IMG/VR virus record: IMGVR_UViG_3300002171_000008
Span: 272-64,271 of that record
DNA: 64,000 nucleotides
Strand: one strand, 5' to 3'
Source: a virus
Taxonomy: Duplodnaviria > Caudoviricetes
In this document: one piece after another, positions 15,973-25,849 of the stretch
Layout: each line of letters opens with the position of its first letter
How positions within the stretch are numbered: position 1 is the first letter of the stretch
The notes under the pieces: model-generated
What the model was told of the DNA's origin: nothing
What the model saw: only the letters and a program-made list of their open reading frames with translations
Databases searched by the model: none
Translations under genes and position numbers: made by a program

Positions 15973-18000
15973 ATGAAACTTATTAATATTATTCTAATTT
16001 GCGCAATGCTCTTAGCTTGCATTTCGTCTGTGGATGCAGCGGGCACCACAAGACTTAGCCAGGTCAAACAGCCGGGAGATACCGATTTCAATTTTGGAGA
16101 TCATAACATTACAGTGGCTAGGATAAACGGCACTCTCGCATCCGATCTAGCTAACCAGACATATCTCGATTCCAATGATACCGCGCTAGCGTTAGCCATC
16201 ACCGGAAAGCTCGACGAAGATGGGGAAAACCTATTATCCAACGTCCTGAATAAATCTAGCACCACATATGCCAATGAAACCGCTATCAATGTCAGCATAA
16301 GCAATCTTGGTGCTGGCCAGGTTTGGCAAAACACCAGCCTGACAAACAACGGCCTCGCCCATACTGCTATCAATTCCAGCAAGGCAAACATGCTCAATGG
16401 CGTGCTAAACAAGACCGGCGGCACGATGTCTGGCGATATCGCTATGGGTGCCTATAACATCACCGGGGCAGGGAATGTCAATGCGACTGCTGTCTATAGT
16501 GGTGGGGAATTGCAGAGGAACCAGACGATGCCATATACAACACTAGTTGATATCAATGGTGGATATGTAATCGTGTCTGACTCTGATGGTGATTGGATCT
16601 ATACTGGCACGGCAATTTCAGAAGACGAGGCCGCGATTAGATACGCCATGAGTCAAAATGGCGTAACACAGCTCTCGGATGATACTTTTTACGCATCCAA
16701 TTTGAATATATCTATTTACAGTTCCCTTCGTGGCATGGGGAAGCAACGATCCGTGATTACGCAAAATGCGAATCTTCCTGTCATAAACATCAAAGACCAG
16801 GTGTATTACACATCCTTTTCGGATTTATCATTCAAATCAAATTTGATTTATTCTGAACCAGCTATACACATCGATCCAGGCACCACGGGAAATACTGGGA
16901 TGCATAGTTTTGATCGAGTCTATTTCCGAGATTTTGCTGCACCGGCGATTGACGCGAACTCGTTTAATTGGGGTCTTGCGATCAGAGATTGTGCATTTAT
17001 TTATTGCGGATCGGCTACGAAAGGCGCGATTGACTTGGGAGCGTCTGCTGCATATTCTCATCCAACGACCAATGTAGAAATTACTAAATGTCTTTTCGAG
17101 CCAAACATGTACGCTGACATCGTGTTGCGCGATAGCGTGACTGGTGTTCAAATAAGCCATTCTTGGTTTGAGGGACACTTAGTTGATACTGTGAATCAAC
17201 CGATGACAGCACACATATTATTCAATTTGTCAATAAGTGGTGGTATTAGGGATATCAATATCCATGATAACGACTTGGTTGATACGGCTACGGCGACGTG
17301 TACATTGATTTCATCACTTCCAGGCACGCTCGCAACTGAGATTATGTATAGGATTAATATCCATGATAATTCGCTTGTTACAGTCGCGAATCGTGCCGGT
17401 ATGAATCTGACTGGACTCTGTTACAGCGAAATACATCATAATCATGTATGGGGTCCAGATGTGGCTATGTATGCGATTAGAATTTTGCAGCATTCCGTCG
17501 CTGTTGACGTTTCTAACAATATCATCGAAGGCGGCGGCGTTTTGGTGAATGATGGTTATGGATACATACATGATAATACCATCACGAAAGGAAGAGTCGT
17601 CCTTCAATATGCAGACTCCGACACTAAAGTTAGTAATAATCAATTGTTGGAAACCCATTCCAGTGTTGTCACTTCCAACAGTGCCGCATCTGTATATGTC
17701 GTAGATAATAGAATCCTTGGGACAATATCATGTGATGCAAATACGATTTTGGCTAGAAATGTAGGTACCGGCTGCAAAACTGAAAATTCTGGCGCATCAT
17801 CCGTTCTGAGTGGTCAAGATCACGTGCATGTTACACACGGACTTGTCAGTACACCAATCGCCGATAAAATCAGAATTACACCCAAAGAGAACTTCCACGG
17901 TATGTATTGGTGGGTTGATACCATCGGAGCAACCGAATTCTTAGTAAACTTGAATGGTACTGCTCCAGAAGATCTCGATTTTGGTTGGAGCATAAACTGA
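15973..18000 (+). CDS. Signal-peptide-bearing parallel beta-helix (adhesin/tail-spike-like) protein
   Basis: Repeated I.DN motifs, LRGMG, C-terminal THGL..TP fibre-tip domain. Confidence 0.65.
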   Translation: MKLINIILICAMLLACISSVDAAGTTRLSQVKQPGDTDFNFGDHNITVARINGTLASDLANQTYLDSNDTALALAITGKLDEDGENLLSNVLNKSSTTYANETAINVSISNLGAGQVWQNTSLTNNGLAHTAINSSKANMLNGVLNKTGGTMSGDIAMGAYNITGAGNVNATAVYSGGELQRNQTMPYTTLVDINGGYVIVSDSDGDWIYTGTAISEDEAAIRYAMSQNGVTQLSDDTFYASNLNISIYSSLRGMGKQRSVITQNANLPVINIKDQVYYTSFSDLSFKSNLIYSEPAIHIDPGTTGNTGMHSFDRVYFRDFAAPAIDANSFNWGLAIRDCAFIYCGSATKGAIDLGASAAYSHPTTNVEITKCLFEPNMYADIVLRDSVTGVQISHSWFEGHLVDTVNQPMTAHILFNLSISGGIRDINIHDNDLVDTATATCTLISSLPGTLATEIMYRINIHDNSLVTVANRAGMNLTGLCYSEIHHNHVWGPDVAMYAIRILQHSVAVDVSNNIIEGGGVLVNDGYGYIHDNTITKGRVVLQYADSDTKVSNNQLLETHSSVVTSNSAASVYVVDNRILGTISCDANTILARNVGTGCKTENSGASSVLSGQDHVHVTHGLVSTPIADKIRITPKENFHGMYWWVDTIGATEFLVNLNGTAPEDLDFGWSIN

Positions 18001-18087
18001 CTGGCCATCTTTCCAATATGTCGATGAAATGTCCCATGACCGCCGGAAGGAACGCCGGTCCGAGGGCCACAGTATAGGTGAGTAGAT

Positions 18088-18573
18088 ATGATTTTAACAT
18101 GTTCAAATTGCGGCTACAAGCTCGATGAGCAACCAGCCAAAGCCGATACATGGACGTGTCCTGTATGCGGAACCAAGAACGCAATCGAGGCCGCGCCTGC
18201 TGGTGAAAACTGGCTGGACGGCCTGTGTGAATATACCGGTCCTGGTCATGACCTGCCAACCGGTGGATACTGCAAGATTCCAAACTGGTCCCCTGAGAAG
18301 ATCGTCGCTGCCTGGATGACGGCAGACGGAACCGAAAAGAAGACCAATGAGCTAACCAAAGATGACATAATCATTGGTGCCACCTTTAACCAGAAAGCCT
18401 TAGAGGCAATCGTTTCCACATACGGAAAGGACTTCTTCCAGCTCCGTGAAGCCAACGGCGGACCCATGTTAACCCTCGACCAGTGGCAAACCAAATATGG
18501 GACCAATGGTCTCGGCCTGGTTGCCATTCGGAATATGAGGATGAAGTTGGCCGGACCGGGGGTGCATTTCTGA
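18088..18573 (+). CDS. Zn-ribbon hypothetical protein
   Basis: CSNCG...CPVCG. Confidence 0.6.
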   Translation: MILTCSNCGYKLDEQPAKADTWTCPVCGTKNAIEAAPAGENWLDGLCEYTGPGHDLPTGGYCKIPNWSPEKIVAAWMTADGTEKKTNELTKDDIIIGATFNQKALEAIVSTYGKDFFQLREANGGPMLTLDQWQTKYGTNGLGLVAIRNMRMKLAGPGVHF

Positions 18574-18845
18574 TGAGGCTTATTCTAATCTCGCTCATCT
18601 TTTGCATCGCCCTATCCTCGGCTGCAATCGACCTCAGAGGCACCGATCCGAGCTTTGCCAAAAACCTCTCGGCGCAAAATGCCCTATCTGGCTGGCAGGA
18701 TAATGAGCTGCCGGATCTGGGGCATTACTGTTCCGGCACGCGGGTAGAGGTTCAGGATACCGGGCCAACAGAGACTTACTTAGTTCAATTCGCAAACAAT
18801 GAGACCGTGCTACCGGAAAGCGTCTTTAATACTACCAAGGAGTGA
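18573..18845 (+). CDS. Small secreted protein
   Basis: MRLILISLIFCIALSSA leader. Confidence 0.55.
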   Translation: MRLILISLIFCIALSSAAIDLRGTDPSFAKNLSAQNALSGWQDNELPDLGHYCSGTRVEVQDTGPTETYLVQFANNETVLPESVFNTTKE

Positions 18846-18851
18846 CCAATT

Positions 18852-19010
18852 GTGAAAGCAATCTTTATGAAAGAACCATACAAGTTTTTCGATACTGTAT
18901 TAGTCGGAGGAGCAACCTATCAGATCGGATCGATGATAGGAGGCAATGAGCTGACAGAAGAGAGGGCAAAGCGAATTGTCGCTGAGGGCTGGGCCGAGGA
19001 GGTGGAGTAG
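18852..19010 (+). CDS. Small hypothetical protein
   Basis: Hand translation from GTG, 52 aa, abuts the next gene. Confidence 0.5.
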   Translation: MKAIFMKEPYKFFDTVLVGGATYQIGSMIGGNELTEERAKRIVAEGWAEEVE

Positions 19011-19181
19011 ATGGTACAAGTCTGGAAGTCTAAAACCCTTTGGGTTAATGTGCTCGCTGCGATTGGGTTATTCGCATCCGCTCAATTCGGCTATACGCTA
19101 AGTGCTGAAGTGACCGGTATCCTACTGGCTGGCATCAATGCCATTTTGCGGGCGGTGACAAACGAACCGCTGGAGTGGTAG
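19011..19181 (+). CDS. Holin-like small membrane protein, 56 aa
   Basis: WKSKTLWVN...INAILRAVTNEPL, two hydrophobic segments. Confidence 0.65.
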   Translation: MVQVWKSKTLWVNVLAAIGLFASAQFGYTLSAEVTGILLAGINAILRAVTNEPLEW

Positions 19182-19184
19182 GCC

Positions 19185-19925
19185 ATGAAGAGATCTGCTA
19201 TAATCGCACTAAACAACTATCCCGGAACCACCAACGATCTCCGCGGCTGCCTGAATGATGCAGCCGACGCAATAGCCACCCTCAAAACCAAAGGCTTCTC
19301 ATGTGCGACATATTATGATAGTGCGGCTACAAGGGCCAAAATGCTATCTGGCATCAAGACAGCTTTCCAGTGCGCGAGGTATGGTGATTCGGTAGCTATT
19401 GTCTATTCAGCCCACGGCTCCCAGGTCCGCGATTCATCCGGAGACGAATCCGATGGGTGGGATGAGGTACTTTGTCCCTATGACTGGCCTAACTATGTAT
19501 CCGACGACGACCTTAGGGGAATTTTGGCAACCGTTCCTGCCGGGGTCAATGTAGATGTCATCTTTGATTGTTGCCATTCGGGAACCGGCACCCGCGAGAT
19601 TGGGCAAACGTTTACTGTCCGGTCGCTGCCGCCAATTGTGGGTAAAGTGTCTCATCCGGGCAAAAAGACGCGCGCCGCCGTGATCGCGAACCTAAATCAC
19701 TGCCTATGGGCTGGCTGCAAGGACGGCCAAACCAGTGCCGAGCTATCCATAGGTGGCAAGGTCCGGGGCGCGTTCTCATATTTTCTCTGGAAGGAGATTA
19801 GAGCAGGTGGAACTCGCTCCGCTATCATGGCCCGCGTTTGCAAGCAGGTAGCGGCGCTTGGCTTGGACCAGATACCGCAACTTGAGGCTAGCAAAGCCGA
19901 GATGCTACAGGCTCCGTTTGCGTGA
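19185..19925 (+). CDS. Caspase-family (peptidase C14, metacaspase-like) protease
   Basis: LRGCLND, YSAHGSQ (His), DE.DG.DEVLCPYD, FDCCHSGT (Cys), Q.PQLE. Confidence 0.9.
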   Translation: MKRSAIIALNNYPGTTNDLRGCLNDAADAIATLKTKGFSCATYYDSAATRAKMLSGIKTAFQCARYGDSVAIVYSAHGSQVRDSSGDESDGWDEVLCPYDWPNYVSDDDLRGILATVPAGVNVDVIFDCCHSGTGTREIGQTFTVRSLPPIVGKVSHPGKKTRAAVIANLNHCLWAGCKDGQTSAELSIGGKVRGAFSYFLWKEIRAGGTRSAIMARVCKQVAALGLDQIPQLEASKAEMLQAPFA

Positions 19926-19931
19926 GGCGGC

Positions 19932-20303
19932 ATGGATGGAGAGCCAAAATATGTAGAACTTCTGCAAGGGCAAGCGCGGATCGAGGCCCAACTTGCCCGT
20001 TTTGCAGATGACATGACCAAGATATGCGAATTCCGAGATGAGTTGTTAGCCACCAGGCAGGAGTTCAGTGATTATAAAGAGGGTCGCAAATCTCTTCCAG
20101 AGAAGATAACTCAATTGGAAAGTAGAGCAAATCTGCTGGAAACTAATTATTGCAATCTGAAAACGCTATCGGAGGCAACCGCGACCGAAGTGAGCACGCT
20201 AAAAAAATGGGCTAACCAGGCATCCGGAATTCAGCTCGGAATGCAGGCACTCATATTGGTCGTTGCCGCATTGACCCCAATCCTGATATGGTGGTTGCAA
20301 TGA
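19932..20303 (+). CDS. Coiled-coil protein with C-terminal TM helix (lysis accessory-like)
   Basis: Heptad repeats then ALILVVAALTPILIWWL. Confidence 0.55.
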   Translation: MDGEPKYVELLQGQARIEAQLARFADDMTKICEFRDELLATRQEFSDYKEGRKSLPEKITQLESRANLLETNYCNLKTLSEATATEVSTLKKWANQASGIQLGMQALILVVAALTPILIWWLQ

Positions 20304-20608
20304 TGGACAGCCTGTTCATCGCGGTATGCATCATATTGGCCATCTTCCTAATTTGGTTTTGGGGTAGGCAGCGAAAATTAAGCGCTATGCTAAAATTTGG
20401 GTGCGTAATTTGCTTGCTCGCGTGCACGGCTAACGGACAAGAAGATACCGATATCGTCATCATGGGAGAACGGCCAATGGTCTTCCCTGAGCCGATGCAG
20501 AAAGCAGAGATGGCCATAGAAGACATATTTGGCAACGAATCTGACCACATGCTCTTCCTGTCAGATGACTATTGGCCGATCTGGTTAAACAATTCGACAA
20601 TTGCGTGA
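20300..20608 (+). CDS. Membrane/secreted protein
   Basis: Two N-terminal hydrophobic stretches. Confidence 0.5.
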   Translation: MMDSLFIAVCIILAIFLIWFWGRQRKLSAMLKFGCVICLLACTANGQEDTDIVIMGERPMVFPEPMQKAEMAIEDIFGNESDHMLFLSDDYWPIWLNNSTIA

Positions 20609-20978
20609 GGATATTACATGGAAAAAGATGAATACATATGTTCTGAATGTGGTAGAGTGATCCGAGCAGAAGAAAGCCTTTGGGTCACTGCCACGGAAAC
20701 GATTTGTGAGGATTGCCATCATGATTGACGCCCTTTGGGGGCAAGGTACATCAAAAAGAGGGAAATGCATGATAGGGGCGAGCTGATGAATTGGCTACCG
20801 GCTCGCGGGCCTTATCATGTTTTGATGCTGATAGCGGATTTAAAAGTGATGCATGTTTTTGTCATGGGGCAATCTATGCAGTACAAGAACGTCGAAAATG
20901 AATCGACGCCTTTGCAACCCATGAGCTTATCACCATCATAAGTCGGGATATATTCATATCCATCGATATAGAATTTCT

Positions 20979-21221
20979 TCATGTTATCTCACCGCTTGCA
21001 AGTTTTTCGGATATCGTTTCTAGGATATCTGCGTACTTCTTGCCCGCCAAAGCGTTCTTTGCGACAATATGACTCAGATCGTCTGCATTGATAGAGTATT
21101 TCTGAGACAGTGTTATCAGATCTTCCAGAACCTTGCCGCGTGGAATACGCGTGTAGCATGATATTACATCAATATTGTATATGCTCATATGCGCCTCGTA
21201 ATGCTTGCAAACTTTCGCCAT
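20979..21221 (-). CDS. Hypothetical protein
   Basis: ORF track. Confidence 0.5.
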   Translation of the reverse strand: MAKVCKHYEAHMSIYNIDVISCYTRIPRGKVLEDLITLSQKYSINADDLSHIVAKNALAGKKYADILETISEKLASGEIT

Positions 21222-21432
21222 CCAGCTTTCCTGATAAGCCGCTTGCCAATAGCCTTCGGGCCTTTCTGGATGGCTGATAGATCGTTATGCCATCGGAGCA
21301 GGCGATAGAGCCACGATTTCAGGCTCATAGATATCTCCACCACACATATGCACTGAATATCAGAAATAAAATAAATATCCCAATTATTTCAGGCGCAATC
21401 GAATCATCAAGGATGATACTATCCATTATTCC

Positions 21433-21627
21433 TCACCATCCGCCGGGCTTATTTTCAAACTTTTCCGGGTTTGTGCAATCCTTCCAACCAAATCGGTTAG
21501 TTGCGTCACATTGGCAAATTCCAACGTGGCCTTCTGGCGTGTAAAATTGATAAATCCAACGCGCACATTTTCCGCACGGTTCACTCACAATCATCACCAT
21601 CCGCCGGGCAATCTTGTCTATGTTCAC
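21433..21627 (-). CDS. Small Cys-rich protein
   Basis: CGKC...CQC...C. Confidence 0.5.
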   Translation of the reverse strand: MNIDKIARRMVMIVSEPCGKCARWIYQFYTPEGHVGICQCDATNRFGWKDCTNPEKFENKPGGW

Positions 21628-21750
21628 AATCCTGGCATTCCGTAACCTCGCGATATGCGAAGTTCCAGCAACCGCCTATTTCTTCCCCAAATCCATGCGG
21701 ATTATCGCAGTAGACAGCGCGGCATAGGATGCCGTCGATTAGGAATTGAT

Positions 21751-21933
21751 TCATGGACAATCCTTCTCACCAACCGGGTGAATAATAATCGTTACCTTTC
21801 GACCAGGCATATCGAGCAGTGCCCGATTGGCATCCGAACCACTATGATATTTGTCATAGTCCGTGGTTACCGATATGCGAAATCTGCCATTTCCTGTAAA
21901 TCTCGCATCTTCCAATTCGCCTTCGATCTTCAT
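21751..21933 (-). CDS. Small hypothetical protein
   Basis: ORF track, GAGGAG SD. Confidence 0.55.
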   Translation of the reverse strand: MKIEGELEDARFTGNGRFRISVTTDYDKYHSGSDANRALLDMPGRKVTIIIHPVGEKDCP

Positions 21934-21939
21934 TGCTTC

Positions 21940-22134
21940 TCATCTCCTCTGTAACGCTTCCAATGATCCTTCCGGTATTCGAATCTTGGACAACGAATTT
22001 TCGCCTTTCCATGCATTGAACATGATTTCTATGGCCTGACTTCTAGTCAGGGTCACTCCGGTATCATGCTCATGTTTTACGATCACTTCCAGAAGCCTAT
22101 TCTCAGCTTCGTTGTCTAAGTACCTACTCGGCAT
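21940..22134 (-). CDS. Putative RHH-type transcriptional regulator
   Basis: Short, beta-helix-helix pattern TRSQAIEIMF; first gene of a divergent unit. Confidence 0.45.
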   Translation of the reverse strand: MPSRYLDNEAENRLLEVIVKHEHDTGVTLTRSQAIEIMFNAWKGENSLSKIRIPEGSLEALQRR

Positions 22135-22272
22135 AATATCTCTTGTGTTTTCTTAGAATAAATACATTTCGCTCCATCCTAATAAGCCATTTAAAGCCCC
22201 AATTCCCGCCCAAATAGGTAACTATGCCACCTATGCAATGAAGTGCTGTCTATGAGGCTATAGTGAGGTTCC

Positions 22273-23043
22273 ATGCTCCCAGATCGCGAAATTCAACGAA
22301 TCCTAACCAAGTTTGGGCCTGAAATTCACGCCTATCTGCAATCAGTGGGATTTTTCGATCTGGAAGGCCCCTACAATCCGGTCGACATATTTGATAAGCG
22401 TGCTATGGCCCGCTACCTGAAAGCGAGCACTGCGAAAAATAGAGCTGTATGGGCCGAACTGGAGAAGTGGCTATTTCCTGAGATGGTCGATTTTGGATCT
22501 GCCTTCATCGCGGTCTATGGCTTGAAGCCGCCAATTAATGTTCGCGACATCGCGACGGATTACATAAAATCTCGCGGCGGATTCTTGATAAAACGCATGA
22601 CCGAAACCGACCAGAAGAGGCTCACTAATTACATCTGGCTAAATTCGCAGAAGAACGAAAGGCCACTTGCTAGGCAAATTGCAAAGGAGCCTGGTCTAGC
22701 TTCTCTGGTTAGTGGCCACCGGACCGCAACAATCATCCGCACCGAACGAGGGCGAGCCGTAAGAGGAAGCAGCTTGCAGATCGCCAAGGAAGCAGGCAGC
22801 ACGACAAAGACCTGGTGGACGGTGGGCGATAGGCGGGTGAGAAAGGAGCATGCCGCGATTCACGGAATGACGATAACCATAGACGGCGAATTCAACCTAA
22901 AGGCCGGAAAGAAGACCTATACGCAGGAGTTCCCGGCCCAAAAAGACGTAAATTGCCGGTGCTGGCTGGAATATGGGTTTACCAAGCAGGTTGCTGATCG
23001 CCCCCATCCGAGTACCGCGAAATTGCAGGAGCTGTATGCTTGA
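22273..23043 (+). CDS. Minor head morphogenesis protein (SPP1 gp7/MuF-like)
   Basis: IIRTE, KTWWTVGDRRVR.EH..IHG, DVNCRCWLEY. Confidence 0.8.
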   Translation: MLPDREIQRILTKFGPEIHAYLQSVGFFDLEGPYNPVDIFDKRAMARYLKASTAKNRAVWAELEKWLFPEMVDFGSAFIAVYGLKPPINVRDIATDYIKSRGGFLIKRMTETDQKRLTNYIWLNSQKNERPLARQIAKEPGLASLVSGHRTATIIRTERGRAVRGSSLQIAKEAGSTTKTWWTVGDRRVRKEHAAIHGMTITIDGEFNLKAGKKTYTQEFPAQKDVNCRCWLEYGFTKQVADRPHPSTAKLQELYA

Positions 23044-23396
23044 CCATCCAGATGGAAGTTGATACCTCGGCCCTCCGTGCCGCGATTGCTGAAGAAATCA
23101 AGCAACTTGATGCAAAAGGTGAGAAAGCATCGCAGCAAATCCTCATCGAAGGCAAGAATGCAGCTCACAAATTGGCAAAGCATGATACTAATTACATGAG
23201 GGGCGATGCACTGGAGCAAGGCAGCTATGTAGAAAGGCGCGCCCCGTGTGTGTTTGATATCACGTTGGGATCAGTTGCCGATTATGCCGTTTACCAAGAG
23301 TTTGATCCAAAAAAAGGGAGGCCATTTATCAGGCCTGCCGCTATGATTATGCAGGTTAAGGCACCTGGCATAATCGATGATGTTTTCAGCGAGTGA
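23040..23396 (+). CDS. HK97 gp10-like neck protein
   Basis: A...A..DT..MR, YAVYQEF, RPFIRPA. Confidence 0.7.
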   Translation: MTIQMEVDTSALRAAIAEEIKQLDAKGEKASQQILIEGKNAAHKLAKHDTNYMRGDALEQGSYVERRAPCVFDITLGSVADYAVYQEFDPKKGRPFIRPAAMIMQVKAPGIIDDVFSE

Positions 23397-23877
23397 GTGT
23401 GACCTCGTATTCGCAAAGCTCTTTCAACATTTTGTAAAGAGCAATGAACTTTGTGTCATCAACCGCACCCGATACATGGATATCAATATATCCGTTGATA
23501 TAGCCATCTTTGAGTTCCAATTCTATTCCGCTGACTTCGTCATCAATTTTCATAACTACCCCTCGTGATTTCGCAACAAGCTGTCTTTGTACCCATTGGT
23601 GGTACAACATGCAATCCTCGAATATCTCGTCCATGATTTCTCCAATGTCTTCAATGGGCACGTGCGCTTTTGCATACAACAATCTATCCAGTTTATCCGG
23701 CATGTAGGCGTCTTCATTTATCATGATGATTCGCCTCAAATTCCGCTTCATGCGCTGCCTTTCGGTCTGTCGTTTTGCGGCAGGTTTTGTTGTCCGAGGT
23801 CCGCAATTCAATTTCAACCGGTTCAATTCCGGGGATTTCAAGTCTGCATTCTCTTCCTGGATACATGTTATCACCAT
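23386..23877 (-). CDS. Hypothetical protein (real start probably near 23720)
   Basis: ORF track. Confidence 0.5.
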   Translation of the reverse strand: MVITCIQEENADLKSPELNRLKLNCGPRTTKPAAKRQTERQRMKRNLRRIIMINEDAYMPDKLDRLLYAKAHVPIEDIGEIMDEIFEDCMLYHQWVQRQLVAKSRGVVMKIDDEVSGIELELKDGYINGYIDIHVSGAVDDTKFIALYKMLKELCEYEVTLTR

Positions 23878-24052
23878 CTACCAACTCTTCCCATACATTG
23901 CTCCATTTCGGGCCGGCTTCTGGTTCGGTACTCTTATCCGCGATATGGGGCATGATGCATTGAAATTTGTGCTTCTCAAATCCAGATCTGCAATGCTGGC
24001 AGATCTCGGCTTCTTGGTAAACTTCGCCAACTCGCCAATCTGGATATCGCAT
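23714..24052 (-). CDS. Hypothetical protein
   Basis: ORF track. Confidence 0.5.
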   Translation of the reverse strand: MRYPDWRVGEVYQEAEICQHCRSGFEKHKFQCIMPHIADKSTEPEAGPKWSNVWEELVDGDNMYPGRECRLEIPGIEPVEIELRTSDNKTCRKTTDRKAAHEAEFEANHHDK

Positions 24053-24054
24053 AT

Positions 24055-24339
24055 CTACTTACCAACTACCGAAATATCAGTCAGATCTATTGACACCGTC
24101 CCCAACACATCACCGGAAAACGTTATCGGCAGCATGACCGGCCCGTTATAGGCACCATATCCAAGTCTAGCTTCCCATAGCCCGGTAATGGGATTCTGCC
24201 AAGCATACACGATCGACATGGATTTACCGCTATCCATGAAGAGCTTGCATACGTCAGGATTTGTCTCAAAGTCGTCCGGGAATGCGATGACTGGTAATGT
24301 CAGCATTGCCAACACAATCAAACATGCAATTGTTTTCAT
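24055..24339 (-). CDS. Secreted protein
   Basis: MKTIACLIVLAMLTLPVIA leader. Confidence 0.6.
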   Translation of the reverse strand: MKTIACLIVLAMLTLPVIAFPDDFETNPDVCKLFMDSGKSMSIVYAWQNPITGLWEARLGYGAYNGPVMLPITFSGDVLGTVSIDLTDISVVGK

Positions 24340-24372
24340 GAAAATATAGACACCGTTTGAGGATAAATACCT

Positions 24373-24792
24373 ATGTCTAACCTTTCCACCGCACTAGCCG
24401 CCGCCCTACAGAACGATGATACCATAGGCAACCTGATATCAGGTACAATCTCAGGCCGAAACTTTACGTTGCAGGACAGCCTATTAGAGACATCGCCCTA
24501 TGCATGCATCTCCGTTATCGACCTATTGATCTCAGAGCAGCCATACTTTGGCACACGAACCCACGGCAACAAGATCGCGTCGGGTCAGATCGAGGTCCGC
24601 TGCATATCGAAAGCAAGTGAAGCCAATGCAACATCGTTGGCCGAACTGGTCAAAACCTACCTATGGACCCATAGGACAGTACCCTATGATGGTCTGAATT
24701 TGGTACTTGGAATATCCAACATTATGCATCATTCAGGTACCAATGAGGAATTAACGACATGGGAAGAGATATTGACTGTTGACTATGTTTGA
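24373..24792 (+). CDS. Tail terminator/completion protein (SPP1 gp17-like)
   Basis: Size, position, PYACIS and QIEVRC patterns. Confidence 0.6.
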   Translation: MSNLSTALAAALQNDDTIGNLISGTISGRNFTLQDSLLETSPYACISVIDLLISEQPYFGTRTHGNKIASGQIEVRCISKASEANATSLAELVKTYLWTHRTVPYDGLNLVLGISNIMHHSGTNEELTTWEEILTVDYV

Positions 24793-24801
24793 AAAAAGAA
24801 T

Positions 24802-25119
24802 TCAGGGCTGGATGTAATGCTTCGTCCCATCCAGGTAATGGCCCTGACCATCTGACAGGTTGCCGACTCTGATCAAACTGCCTTCGGCAAACGCATTTGT
24901 CATATCGGCAACCTCGGAATAGTCGAATGCCCCAACAACTTTGCCCTGGCTGGCATTCCAGGCATCACCCACTGGCTGAAAGGTCTGCGTAGGCAACACG
25001 AGATCTTCCTCAACAAATCCCTTGAAGATATCGCGAGATAGGTTACTATTCGACAGCTCAACGGCACTTGCCATGCCCACGAGGGCGATGGCTATAAGCA
25101 ATAATGCGATATTTCTCAT
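24802..25119 (-). CDS. Secreted protein
   Basis: MRNIALLLIAIALVGMASA leader. Confidence 0.6.
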   Translation of the reverse strand: MRNIALLLIAIALVGMASAVELSNSNLSRDIFKGFVEEDLVLPTQTFQPVGDAWNASQGKVVGAFDYSEVADMTNAFAEGSLIRVGNLSDGQGHYLDGTKHYIQP

Positions 25120-25267
25120 TTTAAATCACCATTTCGTTCCATGTTTTTTTCTTGGTCCGGCGAGATCATCGCCGGCTCGGATTTAGTGTACTTTATGATG
25201 CTCCCATCCTCGTTATGTACATGCATCTCGTTTTCTGAGACACAAAGTCGCGGCCATCCCGTAGAGA

Positions 25268-25504
25268 TCATTTCAAGTCACCCTCGTAACGATCCGGTAA
25301 ATGCATGCTGATGTGTTCTACTTTCCAGCACGCACGGTTTTCCGGCACATTGGCCGAATCATCTATACTTTTCACAGAAGACCCACCATAGTTTATCAAG
25401 AATGCGTTTAAAGCATCTCCCTGGTTCTTATATCCTTGGTTAAACTGGTAGGATCGCAGAACCACGTGGGCCTCATCCGACAAAGTTTCATTGATCTTTG
25501 CCAT
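25268..25504 (-). CDS. Putative RHH-like regulator
   Basis: KINETLSDEAH...QGDALN pattern. Confidence 0.4.
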   Translation of the reverse strand: MAKINETLSDEAHVVLRSYQFNQGYKNQGDALNAFLINYGGSSVKSIDDSANVPENRACWKVEHISMHLPDRYEGDLK

Positions 25505-25544
25505 AGCAAGTAATTACTAATTATTACTATAAGAAGGTATCCCT

Positions 25545-25766
25545 GTGACGCATATGATATCCGATGACATATCGCCGGCTGAAATCAATTCGTTTGGAAT
25601 TGATAGTTTGAAATTGCTATTAGAACGACTTGAATCGAAAAAAGACCACATCGTCAAAATGTCCCAATGGTACGAAACCGCGCAAATACGGGGCGATGAC
25701 GGGACAATAACGATTCTAGGGAATCGTCACGTTGAAATTATTTTGAATCAGCAAGTTGTCAAATAA
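25545..25766 (+). CDS. Hypothetical protein
   Basis: ORF track. Confidence 0.45.
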   Translation: MTHMISDDISPAEINSFGIDSLKLLLERLESKKDHIVKMSQWYETAQIRGDDGTITILGNRHVEIILNQQVVK

Positions 25767-25849
25767 CAATAATTACCGCCGATGAAGGATCTTTCCAGAG
25801 GCATTGTACCGTTTTCAGAATAGATTGCAATCTAGAGGAGAAAATATAA

